A DNA stretch of 51,580 nt, counting the filler, from Dimargaris cristalligena (taxonomy: Eukaryota): assembly GCA_003614675.1 (NCBI GenBank). It is 2 parts of 2 records of this genome, joined end to end, with 100 filler letters (N's around TTAATTAATTAA, not from the genome) between each part and the next. Parts side by side here need not be neighbours in the genome. Positions count along the whole stretch, not along the records: positions 25,862 to 51,580 come from ML002557.1; 1 more part is not named here. One strand, written 5' to 3'. A program made the position numbers and the translations under genes. Below, piece by piece: positions 45,040 to 51,580 of this stretch; position 1 is the stretch's first letter, and the number at the start of each line of letters is the position of its first letter. The notes under the pieces are model-generated. The model was given only the letters and a program-made list of their open reading frames with translations, had not been told where the DNA came from and did no database searches.

Positions 45040-48000
45040 TGTAAAGATTAAACTGGCAGGTTCCTATCAGTAGGATTATATTGGGGGCCAGGCTAGATTA
45101 ATCAATGTTGCAAGGGTCCAACTTCTAATTAGAAAAAGGGCCAAACAATAGCTGGGGCATTGTATTTTTAAGTGTGCACTATACACCCCAGTTGGCTAAA
45201 GTTCAAAAAATAAAGTTAGGCCAGGCATATGAAGGGAGTTCACCATTTAGCAGGCACCAACCTTTACCAATCATAGTGGGTTATATTTTCAAAGCAATGT
45301 CTCAGATAAAAAGCTAATGACCCTATTAACAACCACTTGGCTAAGTTATGTCATTTAGAAGGGGTATAAAAACGAGCACTAGCAAGGTTTCACAGTTTAA
45401 TCCTTAGCTTCTATACTGCCACCAATGGGGAAGAAGTATTGGGGCTTTGAGTACAAGGTATCACTAAGAGCATATAGTTGAAGGACTATAAATTACCCAA
45501 CAATGGGCTAGGATTTTCACTGTATAATTGAGCTGTTGCCTGGGTTAGCCACTCTTAGTCCATCAAGAGTCCCAAGGATAGGCTTCTAACAGTAGATGGG
45601 GCTCAGGCTAAGCCAAGCAGGTCCTAATGTTAGGCGGGGGGCACAGTACTAGCTAATAAAGGCTTAGGTGATTGGATATGCAAGGGACATGCAGCAGGCA
45701 TACTTACTAGTTAGTACAAGGGGGGTGAACATATATAGAGTTTATTGGGGTAAACTAGGGAGGTAAGAATAAGCTGCCATCTAACTGGTCCCAAGGGGGC
45801 CCAGTTATATATATGCAGGGACAACTCCAGAGGGAGGTCCCAAGGGAAGACTATGGGCAACTAAGGTATATAGTAAAAATAGGCCAACCAGATGGCTATT
45901 AGTATCTGGAAGACTCTCATGGTAACAGGAAGAGTCTTTGGATCAGCAGGTTGAGTAATTAGTATGAAGAGCTGGAGTCTGGGAGGGGAAGGATTATATG
46001 ATATAGGGTAATCCCATAGTACTGGGGTGACTATGGGAAGGTTAATATGGCACTATAATGCCTAAAAAGGGCAGACAGAATAGTGTCTGGATTAAGGTGG
46101 ATTAGTAGGGCTGACACAAGCCACCATGAACTACAGATCATTACATTCTAATGACCATATGAACCACCAATACTGTAGTTGGTTTGGGCTCTTGGCCATT
46201 AAATAATGTGTCAGCTGCAAGCATTAGGGTCATAAAAGAAATGGGTATAAGAGGCAGTTATGCACTGCCTTGGCAATAAGATTGGGTGGCACCATGGTTG
46301 AATCTGGGTTACTGCTTATAGGACCATACTCTTAGTTAAATAGGTCCAATTGCCCTTGAATAATGGTGATTGTTCAAGGGACCCTTATTGAAGGAACTAA
46401 TTTGTAATAACCCCCCCCCACACACACACACAAACACACAAGTTTACTTCTCTACTAATTTACCTGATGGTCAAGGCAAGTAGAGGTTACTATAAATTCA
46501 CAACCCTCACCTACTATCCTGTATTCTACCATCCATCACATTCTCTCAACTTCATTAGCCAGTACTTCATACACCATACCCACTGATCTGTTTTCTAATA
46601 TCCCTACTTCATTACATCCCCAATTTTCATACACCAACTCATTGGTTTTATTTCTAGCATGCTCACCCATACCTTTTTATCAAAGAATATGTTTCCCAAA
46701 TTTACACTACTGCTTATCCTACCTTTTCTTATCACTCCAATTCAATTTCAGTCCACTCTTCCCTCTAAATATATGCCTGCAAAAGGTATTGTGATACCCC
46801 AACTTCCACTATTATGAAAGTCCCCTAAATTCTATGTCGACAAGAAATCTGGGAAAAATATCTTTCAAAAAAAACCCAGCATGATGGATGCCATCAAACA
46901 GGGCATACAAAAACTTGCTGGCCAAGGGTAACCCAGGCAGCCAAGCATATAAATCATACTGGATTGGTTTTATTTTATAATGTCTGTATTTATTTGTTTT
47001 TTCTGTGACTCTCCATCTCATTATAATACTAGCACTACCATACCCCCTCAACACCTTAGTTAATTTTTATACTTACTTTATACTACACATTAGCATATTA
47101 TTATGAGAGTTCATTTTTCTTCTTTCCTCAGTTGGGGCCTCCACTGATTAGTTACTGCATATAAATTCGTTAATAAACCCAGTGATACTGCTTTCTATAT
47201 TACTTTTACCTTGAGTATTTCGACTGCATGCTAGGCCTATTTAAGGAACCCTTTTTAATATTGGTGTGACCATATGTCCTATGTATGTTGGACTTTTAAC
47301 CCTGGCATGTACTGCCTCTATTTACCAGCATCACAATTGAATTAACATCTTAAATGTATTAGTACTCAGAAGCTGGTTTCATTGGCCCATACCCATGACT
47401 CTGGGACATTAGTAAGCAGCAGTTCAAACTAATTATATATATATATATGAAGGGACTACAGCTATACCCAACTCAAAACTAACCTTCAAATACAAGATCA
47501 TAGTTTGACCTTGACAACAAATAGATGAAGTATCTCTTAGAATTCTGTATTAAAGCTATCCCTGAGCAAATATCACGTATTTTAACACTGCAGTCTGTCT
47601 GGGCCAACAATAGTCAATTTCAGCTCAATTTTGGTCAAAGTATCTTGGATATTTTTTAGTGAAATGTGTCACTTAATAGAGTGTACCCCTTTTTACATGC
47701 AGTATTATGCCCAGGAGTTCCCCCCCTTTATAGGGTGGATCTTAGTTAATAAATTATACACCTTGGGGATGCCCATGTAACAGTGCCTCTTGTTTAGATT
47801 GTTACATATTATTTTGGCAAAATGGGAAAGGGGTATATATATATGTAATCAGTTTATTATGTAGGATGTAGAAGTGGGAAAGAGCCTCCCAGAGCAAGAG
47901 AGGGATGGGGGCGGTTGGTTTTAATAACCAATGACAGGGAAAATCTTCCCATCATGCTGTGTGTCATGCTGGGCCTACTATTAGCTAAGTGGACTGTTAC

Positions 48001-48840
48001 AAGATCATAAGCCCAAGAAGATTTTCCAATATTTTAATATTTAGTTTCAGTCTAATCCCATGTGCTTTATATAGTACCATCTGAGTATATCATACTTAAC
48101 TATCAGTGGTAGATAACAAATCCCACCCATAATTAATCCAATAAACTGTTGTATATCCTACATTTATCTGGTCAGTATGATAAGTCCTGTCCCAAGGTAG
48201 ACCCTATAGCTAAAATGACTATTTATGAATTACAATTTAAGTTTCTTAACTTAGGTTATTACCTAGAAGGCAATATAGTGAGTTCCCAAATCACTACAAA
48301 TGTATTTATTTTCAAAGACAGTACAGTGGAGCTGTCTAGAAAGAAATACTAAAGAGGCTAGCCAGATTCAATTGTCATCCAGAAGACTCTGCTGGAAACA
48401 GAGAGGTCTCTGGATCCACACTTAAGTGTATAGGGCAGAATCTGTTAGTAGTAACTAGAGGGGTAAACATGGTGATCCTCATGGTAGTAGGTATTGTCAT
48501 AAAGTGATATGGTACACTAATGTCTAATAAGTTTTGAGTTATTCAGGAGAATCTTGGCTAGAATAAGTATTTAGGGTTGGCTGGTGTAATAGTCTATAAA
48601 GTTTTAATCAGCTTAAATATTTGAATAGTCTTCCAGATTCCTCTGCATAATTCAGTAACATTTGATTAGTTTAAAATAATTTTTCTACTTCATTTCTTTG
48701 CAGTCCATCTAGAACTTATTTTTATTGATAAATGGCAAGTCAAAGAAAGGCATACTTTATTATTTGGTCCCTTTTAATATTATACTTCTTATAAAGAAGG
48801 CTGTGGTGGTATTGAGCAGTATGGGGCTACTATCTACTGC
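45040..48840. other. CpG-depleted, ORF-poor block; probable decayed repeat/transposon DNA
   Basis: Fewer than ~10 CpGs in ~3.8 kb by eye and no long ORF. No recognisable TE domain. Confidence 0.5.
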
Positions 48841-49312
48841 TAGTTGACGTTCCTTAGGCTGTGATTAAAAATAAGCAATTGGCCTGATAAGTACTTACAA
48901 TTAAGGAGTACTTTGAAATGAGATAAGTCCCCCAAAGCCTATATTGATTAACCACTGATGTGGGCAAATTTATTCCCAGACTATTCAGTTTGCATTGCTG
49001 TCAATTGAGTAGATGGGCTTTGGTCTTATAACTCCGCAGGTACCTGTGCGAAATCTACTGGCAGCTTGGGCTGGGAGGACTGTGGTAACCAATAGCAAGA
49101 TTGGTTAGGCATTAACAGCCAAATATCGGTTGGGTGAGGGGTTATATTAATGGGCCCGCGGGCATTGTGCTATGACCTATTCAAAAGTAAGGAGAGATTC
49201 CCTCCTGAGCAGACCGAGTTATAGACAGTATTTTAAAATATGGGGGTTTTTTTAATATGACGTGCCGCTCACCTTCTAATAGGCCCATCCACGGTGTGGA
49301 CTATGGGGATGA

Positions 49313-49319
49313 TGAGTCA
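49313..49319. promoter_or_regulatory. Gcn4/CpcA-type site TGAGTCA upstream of ARO1
   Basis: ATGAGTCAC ~420 bp upstream of an amino-acid biosynthesis gene; TATATA at ~49549. Confidence 0.55.
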
Positions 49320-49736
49320 CTCTGACTAGTCACGCATGGGCCAAAGGAGGCTGGCTGGGCTATCCACCAGTACCATTGACGATTCCGCCCAATATTTTAC
49401 CCTTCCCCACCTCTTCAGTGCTATGCATAGTATAGTCGAGTCAAAAGAAAGGGGCTATCAAGAACAGGGCATTTCGCCCTCTCCTTATTCGCCCAGTCGG
49501 TATTGGCCCTTGATGCCGAGCCTCTCCCTGTTTCCCAACTTCCTTCCCTATATAGAAGAGTCATTGGCTCGCCTTTCCCACCCAGTTGCTCCTAATATTA
49601 CTGCCCTTGTTGGCTTTATATTGATTGATATCCCTTTCTTGTCTGAGTAGTTCGCGTGCTACCTAGACTTCACGTTTTAAGCTTTTTTATATTTCCGCTG
49701 TCTTCATCTTCCAAGTCACCTCGTCTGCCACTTCAA

Positions 49737-51580
49737 ATGGCTCCCCCACTCCCTACCACTGGGGCGGCGGCCCTGCCTCCGGCTCCGACCCGGGATGTTA
49801 TCAAGGTTCCCATTCTGGGCCGCGAATCCATAATCGTTGGCTTCCACTTGACCGAGTACCTGCTCCACGATGTGCTGTCGACTCTCAAGGCCTCCACCTA
49901 CGTGCTGATCACCGATTCGCACCTGGCCCCACTCTACTTGGAAGCCTTCCAGCTGACTTTTGATCGTCTGGTGACCCAAGCCTGGTCCGGTTCCGACAAG
50001 CCCGCTCCTCGCCTGCTGACCTACACCGTAGCTCCCGGCGAGCAAACCAAGAGCCGCGAGGGTAAAGCCGCCATCGAGGACTTCATGCTAGGCCATGCGT
50101 GTACTCGTGACACCTGTATGCTGGCCCTGGGTGGTGGAGTTATTGGTGACTTGGTCGGCTACGTGGCGGCTACTTTCATGCGCGGGATTCCTCTCGTTCA
50201 AATACCCACCTCGCTGCTGGCTATGGTTGACTCGTCGATTGGTGGCAAAACCGCCATCGATACCCCGCACGGTAAGAACCTAGTGGGGGCCTTCTGGCAG
50301 CCCCATCGAGTGTTCATCGATCTCCATTTCCTGGGCACCCTGCCCGAGCGCGAATTTTACAACGGCATGGCTGAGGTCATCAAAACCGCCACTATCTGGT
50401 CCGAGTCCGACTTTAGCGTACTCGAAAATAATCCCGAGGCTATCCGGGCGGCTGTTCTTGACTCGACCTCCGGCCCCAGCGACAGCCAGGCCGGGACAAC
50501 TGCCCCACCCGGGGCTTTGGAGAGCAACCGTACCACGGCCCAGCGCTTATTGCTCCAGGTCGTCATGGGCTCCGCCCGCGTCAAGGCCGAAGTGGTGAGC
50601 AATGACGAGCGCGAATCCGGTTTGCGTGGCTTGCTGAATTTTGGTCATACGGTCGGCCATGCCATTGAAGCCATCCTATCTCCCAAACTGTTACACGGCG
50701 AGTGTGTGGCCGTGGGCATGGTTCTCGAGTCCGAGATTGCCCGCAATCTGGGCATCCTGGACCAGGTCAGCCTCAGTCGGTTGGTGGGCTGCCTCCGGGC
50801 CTACTCCCTCCCCGTCTCTCTCGATGATAAATTACTGACCCAACGGGCCCAAGGAACTCCGGTCTATGTGGCCGACCTTATGCAAGTGATGCGGGTCGAC
50901 AAGAAGAATATCGGCACCACCAAGCGCCTGGCCCTGCCTTGCCGCATTGGTAAGACGATCAAGGATGAACCGATCCCTGTTGCCGATGAAGTAATTGCCA
51001 CCGTGATTGCTCCTGGCGTCACTGTGCTCCCCGTTCCCACCTATCAGCCGGCCCCCCTCCAGAATGGTCAAGAAATCGTAGTCCCTGTCCCCGGTTCCAA
51101 GTCCATCTCCAACCGTGCCCTGGTTCTAGCAGCTATGGGGTCGGGTACCTGTCGTCTCCAGAATTTACTCCATTCGGATGACACCCAGGTCATGCTCGCC
51201 GCACTTCAGCAGCTCGGTGGCTGTCAGTATACCTGGGAGGACAATGGTCACACCCTAGTGGTTCAAGGTGGTGGCGGTAAACTCAGCACCCCGGACGTGG
51301 AGCTGTATCTTGGTAACGCCGGTACCGCGGCCCGTTTCCTTACCACTTTGGTCACCCTGGTGGCCCCTCATCCGGAGAAACCCAACACTCCCACCATTCT
51401 GACGGGTAACGCTCGTATGAAGCAGCGTCCCATTGGGCCTCTGGTTGAGGCTCTACGGGCCAACGGTTCCGATATTAGTTACGCTGAAAGTTCGGGTTGC
51501 TTGCCCCTCCGTGTCCAACCCAGTCCGACTAAACTGGCCGGGGGCACCATTCGCTTGGCTGCTTCCATTTCATCCCAGTT
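49737..51580 (+). CDS. ARO1: Pentafunctional AROM polypeptide, 5' part (3-dehydroquinate synthase + start of EPSP synthase); truncated by the window end
   Basis: Open frame from ATG 49737 (MAPPLPTT..DVIKVPILGRESI). DHQS motifs ALGGGVIGDL, LLAMVDSSIGGKT and LLNFGHTVGHAIE; EPSPS motifs VPGSKSISNRAL, LGNAGTAARFL and RMKQRPIGPLV. Missing from the ORF track because there is no stop in the window. Confidence 0.97.
   Translation, partial: MAPPLPTTGAAALPPAPTRDVIKVPILGRESIIVGFHLTEYLLHDVLSTLKASTYVLITDSHLAPLYLEAFQLTFDRLVTQAWSGSDKPAPRLLTYTVAPGEQTKSREGKAAIEDFMLGHACTRDTCMLALGGGVIGDLVGYVAATFMRGIPLVQIPTSLLAMVDSSIGGKTAIDTPHGKNLVGAFWQPHRVFIDLHFLGTLPEREFYNGMAEVIKTATIWSESDFSVLENNPEAIRAAVLDSTSGPSDSQAGTTAPPGALESNRTTAQRLLLQVVMGSARVKAEVVSNDERESGLRGLLNFGHTVGHAIEAILSPKLLHGECVAVGMVLESEIARNLGILDQVSLSRLVGCLRAYSLPVSLDDKLLTQRAQGTPVYVADLMQVMRVDKKNIGTTKRLALPCRIGKTIKDEPIPVADEVIATVIAPGVTVLPVPTYQPAPLQNGQEIVVPVPGSKSISNRALVLAAMGSGTCRLQNLLHSDDTQVMLAALQQLGGCQYTWEDNGHTLVVQGGGGKLSTPDVELYLGNAGTAARFLTTLVTLVAPHPEKPNTPTILTGNARMKQRPIGPLVEALRANGSDISYAESSGCLPLRVQPSPTKLAGGTIRLAASISSQ

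Noticed and set aside
1..51580. CRISPR arrays, rRNA/snRNA genes, TPP riboswitch, intact transposase or reverse transcriptase
   Set aside because: No repeat-spacer periodicity or diagnostic motifs seen by eye; not excluded without covariance-model searches.

Overview
Eukaryotic (fungal) genomic DNA with GT-AG introns, a pentafunctional AROM gene and an OPT transporter. The protein style suggests an early-diverging, possibly Zoopagomycota-like fungus (inference only). Supported genes, in order: a small Zn-finger-like ORF, a UbiB/ABC1 atypical kinase, a winged-helix (HARE-HTH-like) + SET fusion, Med4, Spc25, a TMF1/Sgm1 golgin, an OPT transporter, a probable complex I NDUFB5-like subunit, PSD2, an F-box/WD-like protein, a secreted bacterial-type CAP protein, and the 5' part of ARO1. 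An artificial 100-nt N/TTAATTAATTAA linker at 25762-25861 means the two halves may not be adjacent in the genome. The most interesting unannotated signals are: (i) the HARE-HTH-like/SET fusion; (ii) a diverged tandem duplication (~20-21.6 kb vs ~23.8-25.2 kb) hiding a 47-codon ORF with a coding-type substitution pattern, flanked by convergent TATA boxes, with one copy interrupted by TAG; (iii) a dispersed ~100-160 bp double-hairpin element (25.6 kb and 44.6 kb) with invariant stems and variable loops; (iv) sharply bounded CpG-depleted blocks.
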